Shown: positions 1 to 10,217, counted from the stretch's first letter. The stretch: 64,000 nt of DNA from Terriglobia bacterium (GCA_965198225.1 CBDAOY010000008.1:320001-384000), one strand, 5' to 3'. Notes: generated by a model from the sequence alone, not told the origin. Numbers and translations are program-made.

Positions 1-1448
1 CGGTTGGTAAAGACCGGCAGCGCTACCCCACTGATGATGTTCAAACCGGCAGTGGCCTGGACCTGGACCAGGACGGTCATGGAGATCTCCCGATTCAGCA
101 GGACCCTTGGGGTGATGTCGAGGTTGACACCGACATCGATGTACTGGAACTGAACGACGGGCGTTCCGGTCGCACCGACGAACGCGGGCTGGAAACTGCC
201 GGAAGCGACCGGCACGCGGGAGCCGATCCGGATCTGGGCAAGCTTGCCGTCTGTCGCGCGGACGCTGGGATTCTGGACCAGTCGCGTCCTGGAGTCGCTT
301 TCCAGAAAACGCGCGACGGTGTCCGGGATTACGATGTTGAAGCTTCCAGAGTTGATCGTATCGAGGTCTCTCAAGCTGATCTGACTAGAACCGCCCCCGC
401 CTCCAGCGCCATCTCCGGTCGGGGCCCCGGAATCAAAGCCGAGCGTCGTTCCCTGGGGTGGAAGCACGCCGAGTTCCCGGAGCCGGTTCCGGTCAACTTC
501 CAGAATCGTGGCTTCGACCAAAACCTCCGGTTTGATCATGTCGATGTCGGCGATGATTTTTTCTGCGATGGCGACCTTATCGGGCGTATCGCGCAGGATG
601 ATCGCGTTCATGGATGTGCTCTGGGCGATGAAACGCATGTTCAGGAGAGTCCGGATCGCCGTGATCGCTTCGGTGATGTCGGTCGGGTTGACGCTGTGGG
701 TCAAGTAGATCGTTTTCAGGATGTGTTGTTCGTATTCCCGGCGCTTTTGCTGGTTTTCGGGCGCAACGATTAGCGTTCTCTGGTTGATAGGCTTCCAGAA
801 GGTTCGAGTCTGGAGCGCCAGGATGTCCAATGCCTCATAGACGCTGAGGTTGTCGAGCTCGACGGAAATGCGAGTCGACCGGAAATCCGGATCGAAAATG
901 ATGTTGAGCCCGGCCAACTCGGCGATCGTCTCGAATATCGACTGGGCTTCTTGGGTAATCCGGAGCGAAATCGGTCCCTCGACGGTTGGTTGGAGCTGAC
1001 TCTCGATGCTGGCGTCGGTGCGGGCGAGTTCTTTGCGGACTTCGAACACCGTCTTCTCCTCCGGCTGCCCCACATTGCCGTTACGGATCAGCTCTTCGGC
1101 TCGAGCCAGTTCCGTTTCGGCCATGGAGTGGGTCCGGTCGAGCTGGAGAGCTCTCGTAAACTCCACCCGAGCGAGGGCCGGCTCGCCCGCCTCCATCGCG
1201 CGCCGTCCGCGTTCGTAGTGCTCGAAAGCCGCTGCGAACCGGGCCTGCTCGACCTTGAGGCGGTACTCGATATCGCCCGGCTTTTCCGCGAGGGCTTCTT
1301 GGTAGTGTGTCAGGGCCAGATCGTAGTCCCGGGAAAGCTCGGCTTCGAGACCGCGGTCATATGCCGCCCGGTGTGACGCACACCCCGTCAGGTGGATGAT
1401 CGCGAGCATCAGAGAGAGCAGAAGTTTTAGTCCTGAAGGTCTGTTCAT
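1..1448 (-). CDS. Secretin (GspD/PilQ-like) lipoprotein with N-terminal TPRs; 3' end runs off the window
   Basis: Manual translation of the minus strand: MNRPSGLKLLLSLMLAIIHLTGC (lipobox), TPR-like helices, N-domain NIIFDPDF, KPEVLVEATILEV, NPSVRATDGKLAQIRIGSRVP, FQYIDVGVNLDITP. Not in the ORF track because there is no stop in the window. Alternative in-frame ATG at 1460. Confidence 0.88.
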   Translation of the reverse strand, partial: MNRPSGLKLLLSLMLAIIHLTGCASHRAAYDRGLEAELSRDYDLALTHYQEALAEKPGDIEYRLKVEQARFAAAFEHYERGRRAMEAGEPALARVEFTRALQLDRTHSMAETELARAEELIRNGNVGQPEEKTVFEVRKELARTDASIESQLQPTVEGPISLRITQEAQSIFETIAELAGLNIIFDPDFRSTRISVELDNLSVYEALDILALQTRTFWKPINQRTLIVAPENQQKRREYEQHILKTIYLTHSVNPTDITEAITAIRTLLNMRFIAQSTSMNAIILRDTPDKVAIAEKIIADIDMIKPEVLVEATILEVDRNRLRELGVLPPQGTTLGFDSGAPTGDGAGGGGGSSQISLRDLDTINSGSFNIVIPDTVARFLESDSRTRLVQNPSVRATDGKLAQIRIGSRVPVASGSFQPAFVGATGTPVVQFQYIDVGVNLDITPRVLLNREISMTVLVQVQATAGLNIISGVALPVFTN

Positions 1449-1555
1449 GGTAGCGTTCATTCTTGAATAGTTGATGGTGGATTGACCGCCCTCGACATTC
1501 CGTCGGGCCGGTTTCGGACCCGAATCCACGTCATGTCATTCCCAATCCGCTGCGT

Positions 1556-2911
1556 ATGATCCAGCAACGCAAGAGAGTTCTGGCGTTCAACCTGTTGTTG
1601 ATCGATCTGGCTCTGACCGCCGGCAGTTTCTTCCTGGCGTACGGCGTCCGCAACTCCTTCGAGCTCGAGGGGTATACCGTGATGCCGGTGGGTATATACC
1701 TGTGGTTGCTGGCGCTGATCCTGCCGATATGGGCGGTTCTGCTGCCCGCTTTCGGCGTGTATTCCGCCCGTTTCCTCTCCCTGCGGGATCAGGTGGTCCA
1801 GCTTTCCAAGGCCATCGGGCTTGCGTGGATCGTCGCTGCTGCCGTGCTCTTCTTCGTCGACCGGGAAGCGACCAGCCGCTTGATCGCGGTGTTCACTCTG
1901 GTGATCAACTACGGTCTTCTGGTTTGCTACCGAATCGTGCTCTTTGCCGTTCGTAGCCGAAGCCGCAGCCATACGAACGCGCGGCACGTGGCCGTCATCG
2001 GCGATTCTTCGTCGGCTGACGATTTCGCTCGTACCATCGAGGCCCACAGTGAGTGGGGTCTCGAGCCGATCGGCGTGTTTCCCGAAGAGGAGGCGCGCCA
2101 GGTGCTCGAACGGGGAGGCGTCGACGACATGATATTTGTCGTTGACCGTCAACGACTAGACTCCTGCGAGGAACTCTTCTTGTTGTGTGAGGAACTCGGT
2201 GTGACGGCGCGCGTGGTGCTCAATCTGTTTCCCCATTCTATTGCGCGCATGGAACTCCACGAACTGGATGGGTTCCCCCTCTTGACGTTCAGTACCATCC
2301 CTTCCGACGAATTCCTCCTGTTCGTCCGGCGAGCCATGGACGTCGTGCTTTCCGTATTCCTGCTCATCCTGGCCTCGCCGGTGATGCTGATTGCCGCCGC
2401 CGCAATCCGGATCACTTCGAAGGGGCCCGTGCTGTTTAAACAGCAGCGCTGTGGTCTCCACGGGCGCCCCTTCGTCATGCACAAGTTTCGATCCATGGTC
2501 GATGACGCTGAGCAGCGGCGGGTGGAGATGGAAGCCCTCAACGAGATGGACGGGCCCGTCTTCAAGTCGTCCACGGATCCCCGTATCACTGCCCTCGGAA
2601 GGGTTCTGCGCCGTTTCAGCATCGATGAACTTCCTCAGCTCTACAACGTACTCCGAGGCGACATGAGCCTCGTCGGTCCACGCCCGCCGCTTCCACAGGA
2701 GGTCGAAGGCTACGAGCGCTGGCAGCGCCGGCGGCTGAGCATGAAACCGGGTATTACCTGCCTGTGGCAGATCAGCGGCCGGAACCAGGTCGGCTTCGAC
2801 GAATGGATGAAGCTCGACCTGAGTTACATAGACAACTGGTCGCTGCTTTTGGATTTGAAGATTCTGATCAAGACGGTTCCTGTCGTTCTACTGGGCAAGG
2901 GCGCCCGGTAG
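1556..2911 (+). CDS. Polyprenyl-phosphate glycosylphosphotransferase (WcaJ/WbaP-like sugar transferase)
   Basis: N-terminal TM helices; C-terminal KFRSM, DPRIT, RRFSIDELPQL, GDMSLVGPRP, KPGITCLWQISGR, DLSYIDNWS. Confidence 0.93.
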   Translation: MIQQRKRVLAFNLLLIDLALTAGSFFLAYGVRNSFELEGYTVMPVGIYLWLLALILPIWAVLLPAFGVYSARFLSLRDQVVQLSKAIGLAWIVAAAVLFFVDREATSRLIAVFTLVINYGLLVCYRIVLFAVRSRSRSHTNARHVAVIGDSSSADDFARTIEAHSEWGLEPIGVFPEEEARQVLERGGVDDMIFVVDRQRLDSCEELFLLCEELGVTARVVLNLFPHSIARMELHELDGFPLLTFSTIPSDEFLLFVRRAMDVVLSVFLLILASPVMLIAAAAIRITSKGPVLFKQQRCGLHGRPFVMHKFRSMVDDAEQRRVEMEALNEMDGPVFKSSTDPRITALGRVLRRFSIDELPQLYNVLRGDMSLVGPRPPLPQEVEGYERWQRRRLSMKPGITCLWQISGRNQVGFDEWMKLDLSYIDNWSLLLDLKILIKTVPVVLLGKGAR

Positions 2912-3019
2912 GCGCGTGATCCTCAGGTTTGAGAATTTGCTCCCAGATTGTGGGGGATCAAGCGTGCTGTCCGCCCCTCGGCGTTCAGCCTCTGGAGACG
3001 GGACGACAGTCGCATCCGA

Positions 3020-3100
3020 TTGACACGGATCGAGCGGATTGGATGGATTCAACGGATTAATCTGGCGTAATGGAATCTGTCAAATCCGATGAATCCGCGG
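3020..3100. repeat. Degenerate 9-nt-period repeat arms (CGGAT... / ...AATCCG) in inverted orientation
   Basis: cacggatcgagcggattggatggattcaacggatt followed by aatctgtcaaatccgatgaatccg. Confidence 0.55.
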
Positions 3101-3259
3101 CACGCCGATTGCACTGCTAGCTCACGGCTGATGGCTGACCGCCGCCGCCCAAGGGCCGACTTCGGCTAAGGGCCGACCTTCGGTCGGTTAGGGGCTGCCG
3201 GCAGGTCGCGCTGAACGATCCGTGTGGTAGGATTGTCTTACTCACTAGGAGCCCTTGCC

Positions 3260-4084
3260 ATGAATCTGATTGTCGCCCTGGCCATAGCCGCGCTGATGCC
3301 CCTCAGTGCAGGTGCGGCCGACCGGAAACCTCTGGAAATCAAGGTGGTTGACGATCACGTGTCGATCCACGCCGAAGCCGTTCCCCTCGGGCGATTGCTC
3401 GCGTTGCTGGACCGTACGGCGGGGACGACTTCCACTGTCCCCCCGGAGTTGGCGAACCGCAACGTCAGCACCCAGTTCGCCGGACTTCCTCTCGACCAGG
3501 CGGTGAAGAAAGTCTTCGAGGGCCTGCCGCTGGACTACGTTGTACTGGAAGGCACCCGGATTGTCGTCACGGCGGTGTCGCAGAGTCTTACCGGACAGGC
3601 TCAAGCGGCGGCACCTGCCAGCGGGTCGAATCCTCAGCCTTTTGTCAGCCCGAATAGAGCTCCGACCCCGGCGCCCCAGAATCCGTTCCAGGCTCAAGGA
3701 AATCCGAACCCCGCTGTAGGGGGGAGTCGGAATGCGGGCAACGCTCCGGCGCAGCCTGCTGTGATCCAGACTCCGTTTGGACCTCTCGTGAATCCGCGAG
3801 CGAACCAGAACCAGCAACAGCAGCCGGGGATGCCGATGACGATGCCTGGACAGGCGGGTTTCCCCTTCGGTGCGCGCGGCGCTTCTCCGACAGGCTTGCC
3901 GACCTCGCCCGGCGGAGCGATGTCTCCGAGTGACTACATGAGGCTGCAACAGCGTGCTCCAGGCGCGACACCCAGTACGCCGGGTGGGCAACCCGGTCCG
4001 CAGCCGAACGTCTTCGGGAACACGTCGCCGACGATCCTGGATCTGAACAAGAAGCCCCCCAACCCCCCACAGCCAGAGCTGTGA
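3260..4084 (+). CDS. Secreted hypothetical protein: STN/secretin-N-like domain plus Pro/Gln/Gly-rich disordered tail
   Basis: AGGAG RBS before ATG 3260; signal peptide ending ASAGA-A; VSIHAEAVPLGRLL...LPLDQAVKKVF resembles an N0/STN fold; low-complexity C-terminal half. Confidence 0.7.
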   Translation: MNLIVALAIAALMPLSAGAADRKPLEIKVVDDHVSIHAEAVPLGRLLALLDRTAGTTSTVPPELANRNVSTQFAGLPLDQAVKKVFEGLPLDYVVLEGTRIVVTAVSQSLTGQAQAAAPASGSNPQPFVSPNRAPTPAPQNPFQAQGNPNPAVGGSRNAGNAPAQPAVIQTPFGPLVNPRANQNQQQQPGMPMTMPGQAGFPFGARGASPTGLPTSPGGAMSPSDYMRLQQRAPGATPSTPGGQPGPQPNVFGNTSPTILDLNKKPPNPPQPEL

Positions 4085-4134
4085 TCGCCCCTCCGGTTGA
4101 CGATCGTTCCCCTTTTTTGCACTAAACGTCACCG

Positions 4135-4590
4135 ATGGGAACCGAGAATCCTGTGCTGGGAGTCAACCGGAAAGCTTTCCACAACTACCAAATCCTGGAA
4201 AAATTCGAGGCGGGCCTCGTGTTGACCGGTACCGAAGTCAAGTCGGCCAAAGAGGGCCGCGTCAGCATGAAGGAAGCTTACGGGGTGGTCAAGGCGGGCG
4301 AAGTCTGGCTCCTGAACTGTCACATCAGTCCTTTTTCACACGGCAACATTGCCAATCACGATCCCCTGCGGACCCGAAAGCTCCTGTTGAAGAAGTCAGA
4401 GATCCGTCGCCTCATCGGTCGCACCACGGAACGCGGTCTGACTCTGGTGCCCCTGCGGATGTACTTGAAGAAGGGACGAATCAAGTGCGAAATCGCCCTG
4501 GCCAAAGGCAAGAAAGTTCACGACAAGCGCGAGACGGAACGGCGGAAAACGATCGAGCGAGAGACGCGGCAAGCGGTGCGGGAGCGGTGA
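4135..4590 (+). CDS. smpB: SsrA-binding protein SmpB
   Basis: NRKAFHNY, EAGLVLTGTEVKS, NHDPLRTRKLLL, GKKVHDKRE. Confidence 0.98.
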   Translation: MGTENPVLGVNRKAFHNYQILEKFEAGLVLTGTEVKSAKEGRVSMKEAYGVVKAGEVWLLNCHISPFSHGNIANHDPLRTRKLLLKKSEIRRLIGRTTERGLTLVPLRMYLKKGRIKCEIALAKGKKVHDKRETERRKTIERETRQAVRER

Positions 4591-4594
4591 GGGG

Positions 4595-4790
4595 CGTAGG
4601 CCGTTGCCCGTAGGCCGTTGGGCGGCACGTGGTTGCGATGACGTAGGCCGTTGTGCGTAGGCCGTTAGGTGGCACGTTGTTCGTAACTTGTAAGGGGTTA
4701 CACTGTTTTAACAGGGTGCGGTCTCCGGATAACCGACAACGGACAACGGCTTACGGATAACGAACAACGGCCAACGGATAACGGCCTACG
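4595..4790. repeat. Heptamer-armed palindrome, family A (CGTAGGC/CGTTGNN ... GGAYAAC/GGCCTAC)
   Basis: Left: cgtaggc cgttgcc cgtaggc cgttggg; right: ggataac cgacaac ggacaac ggcttac ggataac gaacaac ggccaac ggataac ggcctac. Confidence 0.85.
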
Positions 4791-4795
4791 ATCAT

Positions 4796-5413
4796 ATGGA
4801 CGAACTTCCCATCTACTCCGACGCCATACGGCGGGGACCCGATCCCTTCGCCGATCTGAAGAATCTCGAGGGCGCGGACCTGACGACGTGCTGGGAGCGG
4901 TTTGATCGCTTGATTGACTTTGCCGAGTCGGCGTCCGACATTAACCACGCCAGGGAGTTGTCGACGGCGCCGACGAAAGAAGTGCTGCTGAAAATGCACA
5001 AAGTGATGTTTTCCGGCAGGGACAGTGCGGGTGCCTTGAGACACTCCGTTACGACTGCGATGTTTCGCGGGCAGGATTGTCCGGAGCCTGAATTCGTGGA
5101 TCGTTCACTGGACAACTTCGAGCGATGGCTGACGGCGGACAGCTTCATGGAAATCCACGCGGTTGAGAAGGCGGCGCTGGTGCTGACCCGCCTGATTGAC
5201 ATCTGGCCTTTCGAATTCGGCAATCGCACGACGGCCGTCGTGTTCTCGAATCACTTTCTGGCCGAAGCCCGGCTGCCGCCGTTCTTCATTCTTGCAGAGA
5301 AAATCGAGGAGTTCGACCGAGTGCTTGAACAGGCGATCACCATGCAAACGCAACCCCTCGTGACAGCCATGTATGAATCCATGCGGCGGGAGCTGAACCT
5401 TGTCGGACGGTGA
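4796..5413 (+). CDS. Fic/Doc-fold protein with degenerate active-site motif
   Basis: LLKMHKVMF...AGALR, and IWPFEFGNRTTA in place of HPFxDGNGRxxR. Confidence 0.8.
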   Translation: MDELPIYSDAIRRGPDPFADLKNLEGADLTTCWERFDRLIDFAESASDINHARELSTAPTKEVLLKMHKVMFSGRDSAGALRHSVTTAMFRGQDCPEPEFVDRSLDNFERWLTADSFMEIHAVEKAALVLTRLIDIWPFEFGNRTTAVVFSNHFLAEARLPPFFILAEKIEEFDRVLEQAITMQTQPLVTAMYESMRRELNLVGR

Positions 5414-6422
5414 CCGTTACTCCCGTCAGGTGCGCTTCGACGGGATCGGCGAAGCGGGGCAGAAGCGCCTGGAGGCGGCAAGCGTCGTTCTGGTCGGCCT
5501 CGGCGCGCTGGGCTCGGTGGCGGCAGATCAGCTGGTTCGCTCCGGCGTGGGTCGATTGCGTTTGATCGACCGCGACCTCGTCGAACTAACGAACCTCCAG
5601 CGACAGACCCTCTACGACGAAGAGGACGTCCGCCGGGGTCTTCCAAAGGCGGTGGCCGCCCGAGCGAGGCTCGAACGCACCAACTCCACCGTCAAGTTGG
5701 AGGCTATCGTCGACGACCTGAATCCCTCGAACGTCGAGGAGTTCATCCAAGATGCTGACCTCGTCCTGGATGCTGTCGACAACTTCGAAACCCGGTTCGT
5801 CCTCAACGACGCCTGCCGAAAATCCCAGCGTGCGTGGATCTACGCTGCGGCCGTCGGGAGCTACGGTGTGATGATGCCGGTCCTTCCCGACGGCGCCTGC
5901 CTCCGTTGCGTCATCGAGAGCCTGCCCGCACCCGGCTCTTCGCCCACCTGCGACACGGCGGGCGTCATCGCTCCGATCACGAACGCCATCGCCTCGATGC
6001 AGGTTTCCGAGGCCTTCCGTTTTCTGACGGGTCAACTCAGGGCAGAGGATGTCCGCCTCATTTCTTTCGATGTTTGGTCCGGCCGTTTTCACTCGATGAG
6101 AATCCCGGCCGAAGCCCGGAGCCACTGCCCGCTGTGTGCGGAGGGTCGGCTGGAGTACCTGGACGCCGCACCTCTGAGGACCATCAGCCTTTGCGGGCGC
6201 AACGCCGTGCAACTGATCCCGGCCGTGCGGGGAGAACTGGACATGTCCGAGGTCGGGAAGTCCCTCGAGGCGTTCGGTATTGTCCAGTCCAATGAGTTCC
6301 TGCTCAAGTGCTACAACCCTCCCTATGAGCTGACCTTGTTCCGTGATGGTCGTGCCATCGTGAAGGGAACCGAAGAGGCCTCGGTCGCCAGATCCGTATA
6401 TTCAAGAATGGTGGGGCTCTAG
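5400..6422 (+). CDS. ThiF/MoeB family adenylyltransferase
   Basis: RYSRQ, VGLGALGS, DRDLVELTNLQRQ, DNFETR, CLRC, TCDTAGV, CPLC; TTG start overlaps the Fic gene. Confidence 0.93.
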   Translation: MSDGDRYSRQVRFDGIGEAGQKRLEAASVVLVGLGALGSVAADQLVRSGVGRLRLIDRDLVELTNLQRQTLYDEEDVRRGLPKAVAARARLERTNSTVKLEAIVDDLNPSNVEEFIQDADLVLDAVDNFETRFVLNDACRKSQRAWIYAAAVGSYGVMMPVLPDGACLRCVIESLPAPGSSPTCDTAGVIAPITNAIASMQVSEAFRFLTGQLRAEDVRLISFDVWSGRFHSMRIPAEARSHCPLCAEGRLEYLDAAPLRTISLCGRNAVQLIPAVRGELDMSEVGKSLEAFGIVQSNEFLLKCYNPPYELTLFRDGRAIVKGTEEASVARSVYSRMVGL

Positions 6423-6477
6423 TCCGCATTTCTCATCGAAATACGCAGGACTACCATCGAAGCGCTTGAATTCGGTG

Positions 6478-6560
6478 AATTCGGGGACGGAGACCGAATT
6501 ACCCGGACTATCAAACCGTTGGTTTTCGGTTCCCAACAACTCGGTCTCCGTCCCCGAATT
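6478..6560. repeat. REP-like palindrome, family D (GGGGACGGAGACCGA...TCGGTCTCCGTCCCC)
   Basis: Inverted arms around a spacer that recurs inverted at 62590-62635. Confidence 0.85.
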
Positions 6561-6679
6561 CCCCGACAGCTGGGCTTGAGCGTCGGTGAGAAATGTGGGT
6601 ACCGAACATTAGTGAGAAGTTCGGGCTGACGGATTTTTGGTAGACGCTGCCGCGGAACGTGTGGTACACCCTCACGGCC

Positions 6680-8179
6680 ATGGAAGCTTCCCCACAAGGC
6701 GAGACGAAGGTTCGCCAGCTAGTTAGTGAAGGCGAATCCCGCTTCGACGAACTGCGACGAAAAGCCGGCTTCATACTGGCACCGGGCCTGCTGCTCCTGA
6801 TTCTCTGGCTGCCCTTGCCGGGTCTGTCGACTGAGGCGCACCGTCTCGCTGGAATCATGGCGCTGGTCGTCACATTGTGGGTGACCGAGGCCATCCCGCT
6901 TCCGGTGACCGCCCTGCTCGGCCCTACCCTGGCCGTGATTTTCGGAATCGCCCCGGCCCGGGAGGCCTTTGCCGCGTTTTCCGATCCACTGATCTTTCTC
7001 TTCATCGGGAGCTTCATCGTCGCCCAGGCGATTTTCGTCCATAGGCTCAACGAACGGATCGCGTACGGCGTGATGTCGTGGAAGGTCATCGGTGCGCGCC
7101 CTGCTCGAATCCTTGTTGCCTATTGCGGCATCGCGGCGGTGCTCTCGGCCTTTATGAGCAACACCGCGACGGCGGCGATGCTGTTGCCCCTCGGGATGTC
7201 TCTGCTGGCATTCATGGACTCGGAAGGAGGCGTCACCAAGAAGTACGGAACAGTCCTGATGCTCTCGACCGCCTACGGTTGCTCGCTGGGCGGGATCATG
7301 ACCGTGGTGGGGACGCCGCCTAACGTTGTTGCCGTCAGCATGATCGATCAGCTTGTGGATAGGCAGATCAGCTTTGTCGACTGGATGGTCTTTGCCGTCC
7401 CGATCTCGATCGTGATGCTCGCGTTCCTGTTCATCTACCTCAACTGGGCTGGAGGAGCGGCTGGAGAGATCCCCGGCGCGGATCTGATCATCAGGGAGCG
7501 CAAGGCAGCTCTGGGGCCCTGGAAACGCGGTGAGCGAAATGTCCTGATAGCGTTCGCTGTCACGGTGACGCTCTGGGTCGTTCCCGGGACGCTACCGAGG
7601 ATTATCGATCATCCCATCGCAAGTCAGATCGCGGCTTCGGTCCCGATCTCCGTTGCAGCCATTGTCGGGGCATCGTTGCTGTTTCTGCTGCCGATCAGCC
7701 GGAGCGAGAGATCGACCATCACATGGAAACAGGCGGCGCAGATCGACTGGGGAACGATTCTGCTCTTCGGCGGAGGGCTTGCGCTGGGTAGTTTGGCGTT
7801 CTCGACTGGTCTGGCCGAGGCGTTCGGGAGGGGCATCACCAGCTTGGTTCCGGTGTCGTCGGTTGTGACGCTCACGTTTGCCGCGGCCGTGTTCGGCGTC
7901 GTCCTGTCTGAGGCGATGTCGAACACAGCCGCCGCCACGATAGCCATACCCATCATCATTTCAATCGCCCAGGCAGCAGGTACCGACCCGATTCCGCCGG
8001 CCATCGCGGCCAGTCTCGCGGCCTCGGTCGCCGTGGTCCTGCCGGTATCGACGCCTCCCAACGCCATCGTGTATTCCTCCGGCAAGGTTCCGATCACCCA
8101 GATGATCAAATACGGGCTACTGCTCGACGCGGTTGCCGTCATCGTGATTCCAACCGCGGTGCTGTTGTTCCTCGCCTGA
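6680..8179 (+). CDS. DASS/SLC13 family sodium-coupled anion (dicarboxylate/sulfate) symporter
   Basis: WVTEAIPLPVT, SAFMSNTAT, GTPPN, IDWGTILLFGGG, SNTAAA, PVSTPPNAIVY. Confidence 0.93.
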   Translation: MEASPQGETKVRQLVSEGESRFDELRRKAGFILAPGLLLLILWLPLPGLSTEAHRLAGIMALVVTLWVTEAIPLPVTALLGPTLAVIFGIAPAREAFAAFSDPLIFLFIGSFIVAQAIFVHRLNERIAYGVMSWKVIGARPARILVAYCGIAAVLSAFMSNTATAAMLLPLGMSLLAFMDSEGGVTKKYGTVLMLSTAYGCSLGGIMTVVGTPPNVVAVSMIDQLVDRQISFVDWMVFAVPISIVMLAFLFIYLNWAGGAAGEIPGADLIIRERKAALGPWKRGERNVLIAFAVTVTLWVVPGTLPRIIDHPIASQIAASVPISVAAIVGASLLFLLPISRSERSTITWKQAAQIDWGTILLFGGGLALGSLAFSTGLAEAFGRGITSLVPVSSVVTLTFAAAVFGVVLSEAMSNTAAATIAIPIIISIAQAAGTDPIPPAIAASLAASVAVVLPVSTPPNAIVYSSGKVPITQMIKYGLLLDAVAVIVIPTAVLLFLA

Positions 8180-8358
8180 GGAATTCCCGCTCCGCTGCCA
8201 GATCGACGCTGTTGTCGAGGTGCATCTGTGCCCTATATCACCTTCTGTAAGTGACGGTTACGCCACCTTTCCGTTTCGGCGAAAGTGTTGACACTCCTCC
8301 CGGCGGAGTGTAAAAGGTAAGGCGATCTTTCCATGAGGGAAGCCTGAAGGAGGATGAT

Positions 8359-10038
8359 ATGCCACCAGTGTTGGCAGCCGCGTTGTGCTTCGTCACCTAC
8401 GTCCTGTTCTATCGGTTTTACGCCCACCATTTGGGAGGTCGGATCTTCAAGCTGGATCCGGATGCGATTACCCCCGCGCATGCGATGACGGACGGAGTGG
8501 ACTACGTCCCCTGCCGGAAGAGCGTGCTCTTCGGACATCACTATGCTTCGATTGCCGGATTGGCGCCGATGCTCGGCCCCGCCATCGCCGTGATCTGGGG
8601 ATGGTTGCCGGGCATGCTGTGGGTCGTCCTCGGAACCCTGCTGATCGGGGCGGTGCATGACTTCAGCGCGCTCGTCGTTTCGATGCGCCACAAGGGGTTG
8701 AGCATTGGAAAGGTTGCTGAGAACTTGATCGGAGCCCGGGCGAAGGCGCTTTTCCTCCTGATCATCCTCTTTCTGATCTGCCTCGTGATGGGCGTGTTCG
8801 TCGGTGTTGTCGCCGACCTGTTCACGACGAGCTTCTACCCGGAATCGGTCTTCCCGACGTTCTTCCTGATGGGGGTTGCAATCGTGATCGGCTGGATGGT
8901 CTACAAGCGCTCGGCCGGTATCGGAAAGAGTACGGCCATCGGCTTTGCGTTGATGCTGGGATCGATCGTCGTGGCCCTGAACATCACCCAGCCGGACCTC
9001 GGACGAGGATCCTGGATCCTGATCCTCCTGGTGTACGCCTTTGCCGCGTCCGTCCTGCCGGTCTGGCTCTTACTCCAACCGCGGGATTACCTGAACTCGC
9101 TGCTGTTATACCTGGGCCTCGGGGTTGCATACATCGGTTTCTTCCTGCTGCGTCCGGAGTTCGCCGCCCCGGCGCTCGACACCGCGCCGGCAGGAGCCCC
9201 ACCGATCTTCCCGTTCGTCTTCATCGTGATCGCGTGCGGGGCCGCCTCCGGCTTCCACGGGCTGGTCTCGTCGGGCACGACATCCAAGCAGATCGACAAA
9301 GAACCCGATGCCGTCGCGATCGGCTACGGAGGCATGGTCGGCGAATCCCTCCTGGGGCTGATGGCGGTCCTGGCCACGACGGCTGGATTCCGTTCGTTGG
9401 AGGCCTGGAGCGAACACTACTCCAGTTGGTCGGTCGCCGAAGGGCTGGCTCCAAAGATGAGCGCGTTCATCGACGGCACGGCTCTGTTCGTGACCCAGCT
9501 CGGTGTGTCGATGCCGCTCGCTCAAGCGTTCATCGCTCTTGTCGCGGTTTCGTTCGCCCTGACCTCGCTCGATTCCGGGACGCGTCTTTTGCGTTATAAC
9601 ATCGGCGAAATCGCGGATTCCATCGGTGCGCCCCAGCTCGCCAACCGGTACGTCGCCTCCGGTATCGCTGTCGCTCTGATCGCGTTCTTCGCGTTCTACG
9701 AGATCAACGGGCAGTCGGCGGGCCTGGCTCTCTGGGCGTTGTTCGGGAGCACGAACCAGGTGCTGGCCGGGCTGACACTGCTGACCGTCACCGTCTATCT
9801 CCGACAGAAGGGATGGAACTACTGGTACACCTTCGTGCCAATGGTATTCATGCTGGGAGTGACCATCACCGCCATGGTCTACAACCTCTGGGTCTACTAC
9901 AGCGGCGGCCAGTTCCTTCTGACGTTTGTCGCGAGCAGCGTTTTCGTCCTGAGCATCTGGCTGGTAGTCGAAGCCATCCTGCGCTTCCGAAAGGACAGCG
10001 TAATGGTTTCTGTTCCGGAGGCGGCCGGGGGCGATTAG
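8359..10038 (+). CDS. cstA: Carbon starvation protein A family peptide/pyruvate transporter
   Basis: TPAH..DGVDYVP, LFGHHYASIAG, LPVWLLLQPRDY, IACGAASGFH, GYGGMVGES; strong AAGGAGG RBS. Confidence 0.95.
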   Translation: MPPVLAAALCFVTYVLFYRFYAHHLGGRIFKLDPDAITPAHAMTDGVDYVPCRKSVLFGHHYASIAGLAPMLGPAIAVIWGWLPGMLWVVLGTLLIGAVHDFSALVVSMRHKGLSIGKVAENLIGARAKALFLLIILFLICLVMGVFVGVVADLFTTSFYPESVFPTFFLMGVAIVIGWMVYKRSAGIGKSTAIGFALMLGSIVVALNITQPDLGRGSWILILLVYAFAASVLPVWLLLQPRDYLNSLLLYLGLGVAYIGFFLLRPEFAAPALDTAPAGAPPIFPFVFIVIACGAASGFHGLVSSGTTSKQIDKEPDAVAIGYGGMVGESLLGLMAVLATTAGFRSLEAWSEHYSSWSVAEGLAPKMSAFIDGTALFVTQLGVSMPLAQAFIALVAVSFALTSLDSGTRLLRYNIGEIADSIGAPQLANRYVASGIAVALIAFFAFYEINGQSAGLALWALFGSTNQVLAGLTLLTVTVYLRQKGWNYWYTFVPMVFMLGVTITAMVYNLWVYYSGGQFLLTFVASSVFVLSIWLVVEAILRFRKDSVMVSVPEAAGGD

Positions 10039-10067
10039 GTCGCTTTTCGGAGTTGGACACCGTTGAG

Positions 10068-10094
10068 AAAGGGGTGGCGAAAGCCACCCTTTTT
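10068..10094. terminator. Probable bidirectional intrinsic terminator
   Basis: aaaGGGGTGGC-gaaa-GCCACCCttttt between convergent cstA and speB. Confidence 0.85.
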
Positions 10095-10108
10095 GATTTT
10101 TGGGAGAA

Positions 10109-10217
10109 GTAGGCCGTTATCCGTAGCCGTTAGGGGAGCGTCCCGCTTTTCCCGCGGCGCAGCCGCCAACGGCCTACGCCCTACGGCCTACGTCCCCAAG
10201 CCTACGGCCTACGTCCC
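10109..10217. repeat. Heptamer-armed palindrome, family A; overlaps the speB stop codon
   Basis: gtaggccgttatccgtagccgtt ... aacggcctacg; cctacggcctacgtccc at 10180-10196 and 10201-10217. Confidence 0.8.

Noticed and set aside
4591-4795. tmRNA next to smpB
   Set aside because: No tRNA-like ends or tag frame; region is heptamer repeats
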